Part shown: one piece after another, positions 8,016 through 18,738 of the stretch
Layout of the letters: the number at the start of each line of letters is the position of its first letter
Position numbering within the stretch: the stretch's first letter is position 1
Source: Methanobacteriota archaeon
GTDB lineage: Archaea; Thermoplasmatota; Thermoplasmata; SG8-5; JAGLSY01
Length of the DNA: 64,000 nt
Reading direction: 5' to 3'
Assembly: GCA_020697715.1 (NCBI GenBank)
Contig: JAEHCO010000001.1
Location: forward strand, 384,001-448,000
Program-made: the position numbers and the translations under genes
Notes under the pieces: model-generated
Database searches by the model: none
Told to the model about the DNA's origin: nothing
What the model saw: the letters and a program-made list of their open reading frames with translations, nothing else

Positions 8016-9056
8016 TCAAGGTTTTGCATCCTCATTTGGTAAGGGCATTCTATATGTCATCCCCAGGGGCGGATTTATTATGAAACCCATCTTCTCATAG
8101 AGCTTCATCGCGCCGTGGATGTTCTCCGTATCCACTCCAAGCGCGGCCTCGGTCATGCCCTCTTCCTTAATCCTGTGAAGTGCCTTGGCAATGAGTGCAC
8201 TGGCTAGGCCTTTCCCGCGCCAGGGCTTTGCCGTGCTGATGAACTCCACATATCCACGCTTTCTGTTATATTCCTCATTCTCCTCTTTAACTATGAATGG
8301 CTTGACCTGGCCCACCACATCATCACCATGCCAGGCGATCTGCCACAAATGTGGTTGAAATACCTTACTGCTGATGAAGCCATCAATTGCCTTGTCTCGG
8401 TCCATTTCAAAATATCCCCAGCTGTCCTTGAAAGCGTCTATATGAGTGTTAATTATCTGGCGGTAATGTTCAGGAATTACGGGTCGTAATTCCACTTCTT
8501 CTGGAAGCTCTATATTAGGAATGTTTTCAAGATCTGACCTGATCATCTCCGCGCCGTAGCGCACGATCTTGTAGCCGAGTGATTCGTGGATATTCCTTGC
8601 ATGTTTTTCAGTTTCTAGAAGTTCTGTCTCGAAAACCTTTTCTCCATCTGGGTGGGCCTTCGATTGCTCGATTATACGTTCCTGTAGATAAGATATCATT
8701 GCTTCACGAATGCCGAGATTTCTCATTTCTGGAACAATTTGTGTGACGAACCAATATCTGGTGAGACCTGATGGTTCCCTGACCCAAGAATGCCTTCCGT
8801 ATCCCACAGTCTTTTCTTCAGATTCTACAATTAACACATCCTGGCTCAGGTCGCAGTTCGGTATTCTGGGCCATCTTTTTTCCAGTTCCTCCACTGTCAC
8901 GGTCGCATCTATGCAATCTGCTTCCTTGCATTGATTGAACACATCGACGATCCCCACAAGGTCTTCTTTCCCAGCATAGTGCCTAAATTTTATATTCATA
9001 CCTTTTGAAATTCCATCATATTCGATATATCTGTGATCCGTCATCTTATCACTCAC
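8016..9056 (-). CDS. tandem GNAT acetyltransferase
   Basis: Two GNAT halves; PWRGKGLASAL, LGVDTEN, AMKLYEKMGF. Confidence 0.92.
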   Translation of the reverse strand: MSDKMTDHRYIEYDGISKGMNIKFRHYAGKEDLVGIVDVFNQCKEADCIDATVTVEELEKRWPRIPNCDLSQDVLIVESEEKTVGYGRHSWVREPSGLTRYWFVTQIVPEMRNLGIREAMISYLQERIIEQSKAHPDGEKVFETELLETEKHARNIHESLGYKIVRYGAEMIRSDLENIPNIELPEEVELRPVIPEHYRQIINTHIDAFKDSWGYFEMDRDKAIDGFISSKVFQPHLWQIAWHGDDVVGQVKPFIVKEENEEYNRKRGYVEFISTAKPWRGKGLASALIAKALHRIKEEGMTEAALGVDTENIHGAMKLYEKMGFIINPPLGMTYRMPLPNEDAKP

Positions 9057-9182
9057 TGATTATCCAAATTGCTAAACCGCATATATATTAGCTGTGGAAA
9101 ATTCTGACCACTTTATAACTGGAAGTTACTGATTGGCTCATATTTTTTTATTCCATATATTGGGAAAATGTAATTATACAGA

Positions 9183-9890
9183 GTGATCGATCAAGATATT
9201 ATGGATCAGAACGGGTCTTCGAGCATCTTGGGAGTCATAATCGTCATAATGAGCGTGACTGCGGTCATAATAGCCAGTGTTTATTTGGTGGACTATGTTT
9301 CTGATGATGGAGCTTCTGAAGGATACGTGATGGAGGAAATACCAGATGATCTGGAGGACGAGATGCCATATGATGGACCTGTCATTATGCCAGATGATGA
9401 TACATCTGATGATAATGATGGATCTGGCGATACATCCGATGACCCGGTTCCAGATGATGAGCCCACTTTACCACTAGCCGCAGGTTTCACCCTACCGATA
9501 GTGGATGATGGGGGATTATTGCAGCTCTCCAGTCTCAGGGGAAAGGTCGTTGTCCTGGATTTCATGGCAACATGGTGCGCTCCCTGTGCGACCCAGATGA
9601 CGGAATTAGAGAACGTTCAGAGCGCGTATTCTGATTCCGAGGTTGTCATCTTATCTATCGATGTGGATGATAGTGAGGGAGAGGATCTTATTTCCCACTA
9701 CATAGCGAATAAGGAGATCACTTGGGATGTCCTTAGAAATGGTGGCGGAGTGGCGTCACAAGCAGGATATGAGGTGACAAGTATTCCCACTATAGTGATA
9801 ATTGACCAAGATGGTTACATAACCTACAGAAATATTGGAGTGACACAAGATTCGGAATTGATAGCGGAGATAAACGCTCTTCTTCCTTGA
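9183..9890 (+). CDS. membrane-anchored TlpA/ResA-type thiol-disulfide oxidoreductase
   Basis: N-term TM helix, Asp-rich linker, DFMATWCAPC, SIPT; start may be ATG 9201. Confidence 0.9.
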   Translation: MIDQDIMDQNGSSSILGVIIVIMSVTAVIIASVYLVDYVSDDGASEGYVMEEIPDDLEDEMPYDGPVIMPDDDTSDDNDGSGDTSDDPVPDDEPTLPLAAGFTLPIVDDGGLLQLSSLRGKVVVLDFMATWCAPCATQMTELENVQSAYSDSEVVILSIDVDDSEGEDLISHYIANKEITWDVLRNGGGVASQAGYEVTSIPTIVIIDQDGYITYRNIGVTQDSELIAEINALLP

Positions 9891-9963
9891 TAGTAAATCT
9901 ATATATCAAGAACAGGAGAGTATTTAATCTACCATCTGCATGATCATCACTTGAGGAGATATC

Positions 9964-10440
9964 ATGACAAAAGTTCTAATCGTATATTATTCAAGATCTG
10001 GGAACACGGAGAAAATGGCGGAGATGATTGGATCAGCTATTGAGAATGAAGGTGTGACCGTGGATTTGAAGACAGCTGAGGAGGCCATGCCGGAAGATAT
10101 GGTAAAGGCCGATGGTATTATCGTGGGTTCACCAGTGTATTATGGCAGTATGGCTGCCGAGTTGAAGGGATTTTTTGATGAGAGCATCAAAGTGCATGGA
10201 GATCTGGATGGTAAGATAGGTGGGGCTTTTGCTACTGCGGCCAATTCAGGGTATGAGACGACCATCAGGAATATTCACGAGGCCATGTTGGTGCATGGGA
10301 TGATAATTCAAGGAGATACGGCCAAATATCATTATGGACCAGTATCTATAAATGAACCTGGAGAGGAAGAGGAGAAGGCCTGCAAGAGATTCGGAAAGAG
10401 ATTTGCAGAACTCACTATCATGGGATGCGGATGGAAGTAA
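9964..10440 (+). CDS. flavodoxin/WrbA-family NAD(P)H:quinone oxidoreductase-like protein
   Basis: YYSRSGNTEKMA, GSPVYYG; GAGGAG RBS. Confidence 0.9.
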   Translation: MTKVLIVYYSRSGNTEKMAEMIGSAIENEGVTVDLKTAEEAMPEDMVKADGIIVGSPVYYGSMAAELKGFFDESIKVHGDLDGKIGGAFATAANSGYETTIRNIHEAMLVHGMIIQGDTAKYHYGPVSINEPGEEEEKACKRFGKRFAELTIMGCGWK

Positions 10441-10501
10441 TTCAATACTTTCGCCCACCCTGGAGGAAGATAGATACCCTCACACGCTCTTACCCGGCCT
10501 G

Positions 10502-11206
10502 ATGCACGTCGAATCCGAGGAGAAGGGGATCAATATCCATAATGAATATTCACTTCATAATCTGATAAAACATCTTTATTCACTTCCTGGCGACAGGTAC
10601 GAGGTCAAGCACGATAAAGGGTATGTGATCGACCTTGTTCGTGGGGATGTGATAGTGGAGATCCAGACACGTAGCTTTTCTTCGATCAAAGGAAAGCTCG
10701 AAGACCTTGTCAAGGAACATGAAGTGAGGCTGATCCACCCGATAATCGTTAGGAAATGGGTGGTTTATGTTGATAAAGAGACTGGTAAGAGATCTGGGAA
10801 GCGGAAATCTCCTAAGATCGGCAAGGACATTGACCTTTTCAAAGAGTTGATAAGGATACCTGGCCTGGTGAAGCATCCGAATTTCAGTATCATTCTGTAT
10901 ATGGTGCTGGCCGAGGAAACTCGAATTCGTGGGGAGAAGAAGAACTGGCGTGGTCGAGGCTACAAGATACAGGATAGGAAGATCATAGGGGTGGAGGAAG
11001 TGATCAGCCTGAATCACCCTGGAGATTATACCCGGTTTTTACCAGATGACCTGGAACCCATGTTCACGAACAGGATGCTGGCTGAGGCTGCGGGAATAAG
11101 TCTCAGAGAAGCTGGATGGATCACCTATTGTATGAAAAAGATGGGGGCCATTCAGGAAGAGGGAAAAAGAGGAAGGGCTCTTTTGTTTTCGATCAAGATC
11201 CATTGA
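10502..11206 (+). CDS. putative PD-(D/E)XK nuclease with C-terminal winged helix
   Basis: E.SLH, E..(x)..VID, VEIQT catalytic-like pattern; C-term FTNRMLAEAAGISLREA..YCMKKMGAI..GKRGR wHTH; start uncertain. Confidence 0.7.
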   Translation: MHVESEEKGINIHNEYSLHNLIKHLYSLPGDRYEVKHDKGYVIDLVRGDVIVEIQTRSFSSIKGKLEDLVKEHEVRLIHPIIVRKWVVYVDKETGKRSGKRKSPKIGKDIDLFKELIRIPGLVKHPNFSIILYMVLAEETRIRGEKKNWRGRGYKIQDRKIIGVEEVISLNHPGDYTRFLPDDLEPMFTNRMLAEAAGISLREAGWITYCMKKMGAIQEEGKRGRALLFSIKIH

Positions 11207-11267
11207 ATTCAGGACTTTTGAGTTACAATTAAGTATCAATAATCTGTTATCTTGATGTTGAAATAAC

Positions 11268-13838
11268 ATGCCGAAACATCTGACTGTTCAAGATAAGATC
11301 ATTATTCATCTAGCTGCATATATGAGGTATGCGGAAGAGTTCGAATGTCCAGAGGAAGTCTCACAAGCAGGGATAGCTGGAGCCATTGGCAAAAGCAGAG
11401 CGCATACCACCTTGGAATTGAAGGCATTGAGAGATGCGGAACTTATATCCGAGAGAGTGTCACATGTTCGAGGAGCCAAATCCAAGAGAAAGGTGTATAA
11501 TCTCACAGCCTCCGGGATACAACTCGCCCAGAATCTTCGATCCATGATAGACGCTCTGGAGGTGAAGGTGGAGATAGATGGAGAAATATCAGAAACTGGG
11601 GGGCGCATGGCAATAGAAGAGCTGACCAACCGTGCGGGAATAACAGAGTTGGATGCTATGAACCTGATCATTGGTTCAGAGGGTGTCATAAGACCAAATG
11701 CAGCAGCCCCAGATAAAGGCCAGGCAAACAATGTGGAACAAGATAATTTACCAGAATTGAAATACTTTTTTGGTAGACGGGAAGAGCTGGAAAAGCTCGA
11801 AACCTTCCTGAAAGGAGAAGAGGTCCTTCTATCCATAACTGGAATGTCTGGTATTGGAAAAACAACACTGGCAAGGCAGATCATTGCTTCTGATAAGGGG
11901 GAGCGGAAATTCTTCTATATTCAATTGTATGGGTTTGATTCACCCATATCTTTCATCCAACAATTGGCCAGATACTTGAGTTCGGCCAATTATAAACAAT
12001 TGAGCGACTATATCGCGAACAAGATCTCACCGGATCTGAGAGAGGTCAGCTGGCTTCTTGAGGACATATTCTCAAAAGAAAGATTTGTCATGATCCTGGA
12101 TGATCTGGATGTTGTTTCAGGCTCTTTTAATGGTTTCCTAAGGATGATACACGATATTCTGAAAACATCTGGGAATTCTAAATTGATCCTTCTATCTAAC
12201 AAGCCTCCCGAGTTCTATGATAGGAGGGATGTGAACATCGAGAGATCGGTCCTGGAGATGGAATTAGCCGGGCTGGATGATGAAAGTGCCAGGGCCTTGC
12301 TTGACAAGGTCGATAAGGTGGAAGAGGAAACAAGGGCGGAATTGGTAGAGAAGGTGGGGGGACACCCGCTGGCATTGGAATTGGCAGAGGCAGGAACAGG
12401 AACTGCCAGTTTCCACGATTACATTTATGAGCAAATAATATCCAGGGACATAGAAGGGTTTGATTTCCTTTCCCTGTCATCGGTTCTGAGAATGCCTTTC
12501 AGTCCATGGGATGTCAAAGTATTTGGATTCAGCAGGGCGCAAACACTTTCTGGCAATTCATATTTTACAAAATTCGATGATGGGCTGGTGATGATACACA
12601 AAGCGGTGGCCGATGCCGTGCTCGATAAAGCCGGAGAGAAGGGCGTGAAACTGGCCCATGAACGTGCTGCCCAGTATTGCCAGGATTTCGACATAGAGCC
12701 TTCGGAGGTTCTTTATCACCAAATAGAGGCTGGAATGAATGGTCAGGCCAAGGAGATGGTGAATGATATCAGGAATTATCTTCTTTCGAACACGAATTTG
12801 GAAATGACCCTCATCATGCTGGGAAAATTGAATGACCAGCTTGGGGAAGTGGATGCCGAACTATTGGATATAATGGCCGAGGTCATGAACTTGATAGGGG
12901 ATTGGGATGGAGCATTGAACCTATCGACCACCATCGTGCAGGAGGGGTCGCCTGAGCAAAGGATCAGGGCTCTGGTACGCATTGCCAGAATAGACAATAA
13001 GAGAGGGGATTCTAAAAAAGCAATGGGAAATATCGAAGAGGCTGAGGATCTCATGTATTCTCTGGACGATCCAGTAATGGCCTCGGAGATCATGCTGACC
13101 AAGGGCATCATATTGCATGGCATTGGGGAATACAAAGATGCCATGGCCGCCTTCGGTCGATCCATTGATATATCCAAAGAGAAAGGGGATATGAAAGAAT
13201 ATCTCAGAGGGCTTATGGAACGTGGAAATATCGATATCCTCATAGGCTCTTTCAGAACTGCTGGCAAAGATTATGCACTTGCTCTGAGAACGGCAGAAGA
13301 ATTGAATAGTCAGATAGATATTGCCAGGATCAGATTGAACATGGCCCTTCTGCATATGAAGATGGATGAGCTTGAGAAAGCCTCAGAGGGCATGGAGATC
13401 GCCATATCGATAGGGAGGGAGATATGCCAGCCGAGGATAATCGGTTGGGGGCTGATAGGCATAACGGAATGCTATAATAAGATGGGAAAGCCAGAAGATT
13501 CACTTAAGCGAACCGAGGAAGCATTACAGATCTTTGAGAGTCTGGGGGCTTCCGATCTTCTTTCCGCCGTGTATTCCAATATCGGAATGGCGAAAGCATC
13601 TCTTGGTGATGGCGAGGGCGCTATTGCCAGCTTTGAAAAGAGCATTGAGCTTGTCGAGGACCTCGATGGCCCATATACACATGGCCAGAGATATCTGGAA
13701 TATGGTAAGGGAAAGCAGATTCTTGGTAATACCGAGGAAGCGAAGGAATTGCTGGCCAAGGCTCAGACCATATTTGTCGATATTGGAGCGGAAGAAGAGG
13801 CCAGGCAGATCGCGGACATCCTGAAGGATCTTCAATGA
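11268..13838 (+). CDS. wHTH-STAND (NB-ARC-like) NTPase-TPR protein
   Basis: SQAGIAGAIGKSRAH HTH; FFGRREEL; GMSGIGKT; MILDDLD; GGHPLALEL; multiple TPR repeats. Confidence 0.9.
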   Translation: MPKHLTVQDKIIIHLAAYMRYAEEFECPEEVSQAGIAGAIGKSRAHTTLELKALRDAELISERVSHVRGAKSKRKVYNLTASGIQLAQNLRSMIDALEVKVEIDGEISETGGRMAIEELTNRAGITELDAMNLIIGSEGVIRPNAAAPDKGQANNVEQDNLPELKYFFGRREELEKLETFLKGEEVLLSITGMSGIGKTTLARQIIASDKGERKFFYIQLYGFDSPISFIQQLARYLSSANYKQLSDYIANKISPDLREVSWLLEDIFSKERFVMILDDLDVVSGSFNGFLRMIHDILKTSGNSKLILLSNKPPEFYDRRDVNIERSVLEMELAGLDDESARALLDKVDKVEEETRAELVEKVGGHPLALELAEAGTGTASFHDYIYEQIISRDIEGFDFLSLSSVLRMPFSPWDVKVFGFSRAQTLSGNSYFTKFDDGLVMIHKAVADAVLDKAGEKGVKLAHERAAQYCQDFDIEPSEVLYHQIEAGMNGQAKEMVNDIRNYLLSNTNLEMTLIMLGKLNDQLGEVDAELLDIMAEVMNLIGDWDGALNLSTTIVQEGSPEQRIRALVRIARIDNKRGDSKKAMGNIEEAEDLMYSLDDPVMASEIMLTKGIILHGIGEYKDAMAAFGRSIDISKEKGDMKEYLRGLMERGNIDILIGSFRTAGKDYALALRTAEELNSQIDIARIRLNMALLHMKMDELEKASEGMEIAISIGREICQPRIIGWGLIGITECYNKMGKPEDSLKRTEEALQIFESLGASDLLSAVYSNIGMAKASLGDGEGAIASFEKSIELVEDLDGPYTHGQRYLEYGKGKQILGNTEEAKELLAKAQTIFVDIGAEEEARQIADILKDLQ

Positions 13839-13969
13839 TGTGTTGAAAACATCGATGGATCCAAGATCATGTCTAAAATCAACACTGTTGTGATTTGGGC
13901 TTTGTTATTGGCGATTTCATTATATATATATTCATATTAACATCTAATATCATCCCAGGAGTTGATAAA

Positions 13970-14899
13970 ATGCCAGAGACCATCATCCAAGTTAGAGATC
14001 TTGTCAAGCAATATGGTGATAATACCGCAGTCAATAGCATCAGTTTCGATGTCAATGAAGGAGAGGTATTTGCCTTTCTCGGTCCAAATGGTGCTGGCAA
14101 GACCACCACGGTGGAGATCATCGAGACCATCAGAACTGCAACTTCGGGCGACATCCAGATACTTGGAATGGATGTCAATAAGAATAGAACAGAGATTCTA
14201 AAGAGGATCGGTGTCATGCCTCAGGATTTCAGCTCCTTTGATAGGTTGACAGTGTGGGAGACCGTGCAGTACTATGCCAGGCTCTTTGGCAGTGATGTGG
14301 ATATAGATAGATTGCTCAAACTGGTAAATCTTGGCGAGGAGCGAGATAAGCATTATGTCACCCTCTCTGGCGGACTGAAGCAGAGAGTGGGGATCGCCGT
14401 GGCACTGGTCAATGATCCAGAGATAGTTTTCCTGGACGAGCCCACCACGGGTCTGGACCCACGAGCCAGGCGCGATGTATGGGAGGTCGTCAAGGATCTG
14501 AAAAAGAGAGGTAAGACCATCTTCCTTACCACTCATTACATGGAAGAGGCCGAGGTGCTGGCCGATGATGTGGCCATAATTTCCAAGGGTGATATCATCG
14601 CCCATGGATCTGTTGATGGTCTTATCGATCGATTCTGCTCCACCATCCATGTCGCGATCAAGGGAGCTGGACCCGGTGTTAAGGAGATCGCGGATGAAAT
14701 GTCGCTTGTCTCCGAATCCCTGGGAAATGGCAATGTCCAGATAGAGGCTGAGAACAATGAACAGGTCGTGGAGATCCTCAATTCTTTGAAGAACAAGAAT
14801 ATAGGATATGGCAGCGTGGACATAAGAAAGGCCAATCTGGAAGAGGTGTTTTTGGAATTGACAGGTGAGTCTCTTATTGACAAGGGGGATGCCAAATGA
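13970..14899 (+). CDS. ABC-2 type exporter ATP-binding subunit
   Basis: GPNGAGKT, LSGGLKQR, FLDEPTTGLD, TTHYMEEA. Confidence 0.96.
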   Translation: MPETIIQVRDLVKQYGDNTAVNSISFDVNEGEVFAFLGPNGAGKTTTVEIIETIRTATSGDIQILGMDVNKNRTEILKRIGVMPQDFSSFDRLTVWETVQYYARLFGSDVDIDRLLKLVNLGEERDKHYVTLSGGLKQRVGIAVALVNDPEIVFLDEPTTGLDPRARRDVWEVVKDLKKRGKTIFLTTHYMEEAEVLADDVAIISKGDIIAHGSVDGLIDRFCSTIHVAIKGAGPGVKEIADEMSLVSESLGNGNVQIEAENNEQVVEILNSLKNKNIGYGSVDIRKANLEEVFLELTGESLIDKGDAK

Positions 14900-16032
14900 A
14901 TTTCAAATTAGTGTATGCCAGTCTATCCATCACGCTCAAAGAGTTCTACAGAAGCAAGGCATCGATGTTCTTCGTTCTCCTATTTCCAATAATCCTCATG
15001 CTTCTATTCGGATTGATATTCCAGGATCAGGGGGAGACGGTGTACGACCTCCATGTCAGAGATCTGGATGGTGGTTTGAACTCACAGAATATAACGGAGA
15101 TGCTGGGCAATACTGAGATCTTCAACATAATAGAGGTTGGGGATGAGGTTGGAGATATTGATGATGCCAAAGACTATCTCACGGAGCATAAACTGAATGC
15201 CATGCTTGTGATCCCAGAAGGATACTCTGATGGGTTCGATGCCATAATGATAGATAGATTTCTGGGTATACCGACAAACGATACCGTGGATGTCGTGATG
15301 ATCTATGATCCTGCCAACACCGCGGCCATGACCAAGATCAGTATATTGAATTCCATCATGGATGGTGTTAACAAAGCGGCTACAGGTATGCCGGATGTTC
15401 TCGTGCTGGAAATGGAGACCACAGTATCTGATGATTTTGACTATATCGACTTCTTCGCACCGGGTATAATCGCCATGTCCGTCATGACCACCGCGCTCTT
15501 TGGCACTGTGACTATCAACACGGAATTAAGACAAAAGGGCATATTGAGAAAGCTGGCCACCACTCCTTTATCAAGATCCGAGTGGCTTTTGGCCAATATT
15601 CTGTATCAATTATGCATGGCGGTATTATCGACCATATCGATCATCTTGATAGGGGTGGGATTGTTCGACCTGAACCCTCATCTCAATCTGTTCCTACCAT
15701 TGTTCGTCATCCTCAATGTCTTTGCCTTTTCGGGTATAGGTATGCTCATAACACGCTTTGTTAAAGAGGCGGAGAGTGCGCATGCGGCAGCCAATGCCAT
15801 CATGTTCCCGATGATGTTCCTTTCAGGCACTTTCTTCCCATTGGAGGGTATGCCGGACTTCCTTCAGACCTTTGCCAAGGTTCTACCTCTGTACTATGTG
15901 AATGAGGGACTGAGGGCTGCGATGATCACACTGGATGAGGGTACATTGATGACAAGCACGATCGTGTTGATCGTATTGGCCATCGTGATATTCATCCTCG
16001 GCGTATTGCTCACTTCGTGGAAGCATGATTGA
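14896..16032 (+). CDS. ABC-2 type exporter permease
   Basis: ATGA overlap, 1+5 TM layout, FLSGTFFP motif. Confidence 0.94.
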   Translation: MNFKLVYASLSITLKEFYRSKASMFFVLLFPIILMLLFGLIFQDQGETVYDLHVRDLDGGLNSQNITEMLGNTEIFNIIEVGDEVGDIDDAKDYLTEHKLNAMLVIPEGYSDGFDAIMIDRFLGIPTNDTVDVVMIYDPANTAAMTKISILNSIMDGVNKAATGMPDVLVLEMETTVSDDFDYIDFFAPGIIAMSVMTTALFGTVTINTELRQKGILRKLATTPLSRSEWLLANILYQLCMAVLSTISIILIGVGLFDLNPHLNLFLPLFVILNVFAFSGIGMLITRFVKEAESAHAAANAIMFPMMFLSGTFFPLEGMPDFLQTFAKVLPLYYVNEGLRAAMITLDEGTLMTSTIVLIVLAIVIFILGVLLTSWKHD

Positions 16033-16156
16033 TGCTTCCTCGAAGTGCCAATCATGTTTCCAAAATGTAGATCATGGTAAAGATAGATCGCACTCCTGCG
16101 AACCAAATAGAAAATAATATATCCACAGGGGTATTATCGAGGAATGGTGTTAGAAC

Positions 16157-16417
16157 TTGACAAAAGGGATCGTACTCATTGTTGTTGAACCAAGCCTTGA
16201 ACTGGAAATATATGAGAAGCTATTGAAGCTCGAAGAAGTGCTGGAGGTCACACCGGTTCTTGGCACCGTGGATTTTATAGCTCGTGTTGAGGGCGTGGAT
16301 CATAATGAGGTCGCGGCCATCGTGATAAAGAAGATACGAGGGCTTAAGGGCGTTACCAGTACCAAGACCTTTATCGAGGACGAGTTCCTGAAGGAGCTGG
16401 AAGGCCTCTATAAGTGA
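16157..16417 (+). CDS. stand-alone Lrp/AsnC ligand-binding (RAM) domain protein
   Basis: VTPVLGTVDFIARV, IRGLKGVTSTKT. Confidence 0.88.
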   Translation: MTKGIVLIVVEPSLELEIYEKLLKLEEVLEVTPVLGTVDFIARVEGVDHNEVAAIVIKKIRGLKGVTSTKTFIEDEFLKELEGLYK

Positions 16418-16580
16418 TGAGGCTGATATTACTGGTCTGTTAATTTTTATGCGAAAAATCAGCAGGTTTCACACCTGTTTTCATGATTAATTTAAATATC
16501 GAGAGTAATTTATCATCTGCATATTGATTGATGATGGGCTTCAGTGTAGACACCCATCATCAAATTCAGGAGTTGAATTA

Positions 16581-17210
16581 ATGAAGATCATAATGCTGGG
16601 ACCACCAGGGGCTGGAAAAGGAACGCAGGCGCAATTGCTGGTAGAGAAGTTCGGACTGCCACAGATATCGACAGGTGACCTTCTCAGGGGCGCGCTGGGT
16701 GAAGGGACGGAACTCGGTATCGAGGCAAAGAAATACATGGATGCTGGCCAGCTGGTTCCGGATGACCTTATAATATCACTTATCGAAGAAAGGATCAAAT
16801 TGCCCGATTGTGAGGAGGGCTACATCCTCGATGGATTCCCAAGGACCATCGAGCAAGCTGAGGCACTTGGCGGAATCGACAATATCGATACCGTTCTCAA
16901 TATCGTGGTGGACACGGATGTCCTTATGGGAAGGCTGATGGGAAGGCGCACATGCCGAGGATGCAATGCGGTATTCAATATCACTGGCAGGCCATCGAAA
17001 GTAGAAGGAGTTTGTGACCAGTGTGGTGGCGAACTTTATCAGAGGGATGATGACAATGAGGCCACGGTGACCAAGAGACTGGACACTTACAATAATCAGA
17101 CCGCGCCGCTCATAGATTTCTATCGCGGAAAGGGCATACTGAAGGATGTTAGGACAGGTAAGGAGATCCCCGAGACCTTTGGGAATGTCATGATGGCATT
17201 GGGTCATTGA
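16581..17210 (+). CDS. adk: adenylate kinase, bacterial type with Zn lid
   Basis: GPPGAGKGTQA, STGDLLR, LDGFPRT, CxxC...CxxC lid, RDDDNE. Confidence 0.97.
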   Translation: MKIIMLGPPGAGKGTQAQLLVEKFGLPQISTGDLLRGALGEGTELGIEAKKYMDAGQLVPDDLIISLIEERIKLPDCEEGYILDGFPRTIEQAEALGGIDNIDTVLNIVVDTDVLMGRLMGRRTCRGCNAVFNITGRPSKVEGVCDQCGGELYQRDDDNEATVTKRLDTYNNQTAPLIDFYRGKGILKDVRTGKEIPETFGNVMMALGH

Positions 17211-17244
17211 TAATTCCAATTATCAAAACTCTCTAGCAGGATGG

Positions 17245-17550
17245 CTATTCTTCAACCTGGGCTCTCATCACTTTCTCAGATCTGATCAGCTTATGCATGT
17301 CCCTGACCACCCTTGTGGATTTATCCCGGCCAAAATCCTCCATGGCCTCGGAAAGTGCCTGGGAAAGCTTGGGAATGTCCCGGGTGGTGATGAAATCGGG
17401 CATGATACCCAGCTCCATACATTGCTTCTTGATGAAAAATTCCCCCATCTCACCCAGTTCTGATTCCATGATCTTATGGATCTCGAGGCTGAAATTACGG
17501 GGTTCCATGATAGGTGTATTGTTAATGAGGTTCATGAAGTTTTTGCTCAT
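17245..17550 (-). CDS. small helical hypothetical protein, paralog of 827..1075
   Basis: Visible similarity to the KaiC-operon small protein. Confidence 0.7.
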   Translation of the reverse strand: MSKNFMNLINNTPIMEPRNFSLEIHKIMESELGEMGEFFIKKQCMELGIMPDFITTRDIPKLSQALSEAMEDFGRDKSTRVVRDMHKLIRSEKVMRAQVEE

Positions 17551-17588
17551 GCGGAAGATTATTCATTATTGAGCCGAATACACTCACT

Positions 17589-18731
17589 GTGTTGAAATTG
17601 GGTTTTCTGATCAATCCCATAGCGGGGATCGGGGGTCGTGTCGGCCTCAAGGGAAGTGATGGGCCAGATACTCCGAGGAAGGCTCTGGATATGGGAGCGA
17701 GACCCATGGCAGGTCAAAAGGCCATGGATTTTCTATCAGCATTGAAATGCCTGGATGATATCGAGATTTACACATGCGGAGGGAGCATGGGCCAGGATGT
17801 TCTGGAAGAAGCGAGTGTGGCGTATCACGCGATCGTGCATGATGTGGCTGATAAGACAGGAATTGAGGATACTCTAGCTGCTGTTAGGGGGTTCGAAGGC
17901 GCGGGGGTCGACCTTATAGCCTTTTGCGGAGGCGACGGAACTGCCAGGGACGTGCACCATGCCATGGATGCTGAAATGCCTATTATCGGTATCCCATCGG
18001 GTGTCAAGATGTATTCATCCGTATTCGCTCTGAGCCCGGAAGCTGCGGCTTCAACTGTTTGCACCTTCACGCAGGCCTCGGATATGCTGGCAGAGGCCGA
18101 GATCATGGACCTGGATGAGGAAGCAGTTAGAAAAGGAAAGCCAGGAGTGAGGGTGAAGCTCCATGGCCTGGCCATGATTCCATTTGATAAGACCTCGATA
18201 CAGAGGGCGAAAGTTCCCTCGGAGCCCGAAGAGAAAGAGTTCGCGGAAGCAATAGCCAGCTGCCTTGTGGAGGAGATGGGAAAGGATGATGACCAGGATG
18301 TGCAGGGCGTTCTATATATCCTGGGGCCAGGCTCCGTGAAGAAAGCCATCATGCGGGAATTGGGGCTGGAAGGCTCATTCCTGGGCGTTGATGTGATAGT
18401 GAACAAAAAGATCGCTGACCTTGACCTTAATGAAGGCCAGCTTATTCAACTTCTTGATGATAAGATGCCAGGAGATGCCAGGCTGATAATAACACCCATC
18501 GGGGCGCAGGGCTTCGTGCTGGGAAGAGGCAATCAGCAGATCGGCCCGGGGGTCATAAGGAAAGTAGGAATTGACAATATCCAAATAGTGGCAACCCCGC
18601 AAAAACTAGCCCACACGCCGAGGCTGTTCGTCCAGACTGGCGATAAAGAACTGGACATGGAGATAGCGGGATATCGAAAAATTCTCGTCGGATACAGGAT
18701 GTGGGAGATGAAGAAGGTGAAAGCCGCATAG
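17589..18731 (+). CDS. ATP-NAD kinase family protein
   Basis: NPIAGIGGRVGLKGSDG, GGDGTARD, GVKMYS, GRGNQQ. Confidence 0.93.
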   Translation: MLKLGFLINPIAGIGGRVGLKGSDGPDTPRKALDMGARPMAGQKAMDFLSALKCLDDIEIYTCGGSMGQDVLEEASVAYHAIVHDVADKTGIEDTLAAVRGFEGAGVDLIAFCGGDGTARDVHHAMDAEMPIIGIPSGVKMYSSVFALSPEAAASTVCTFTQASDMLAEAEIMDLDEEAVRKGKPGVRVKLHGLAMIPFDKTSIQRAKVPSEPEEKEFAEAIASCLVEEMGKDDDQDVQGVLYILGPGSVKKAIMRELGLEGSFLGVDVIVNKKIADLDLNEGQLIQLLDDKMPGDARLIITPIGAQGFVLGRGNQQIGPGVIRKVGIDNIQIVATPQKLAHTPRLFVQTGDKELDMEIAGYRKILVGYRMWEMKKVKAA

Positions 18732-18738
18732 TATGGGG

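Noticed and set aside
9340-9460. GAT-rich low-complexity DNA
   Set aside because: Explained by the Asp-rich linker of the thioredoxin-like protein
16581-17210. Bacterial-type adenylate kinase as a novelty
   Set aside because: Already known in several euryarchaeal lineages
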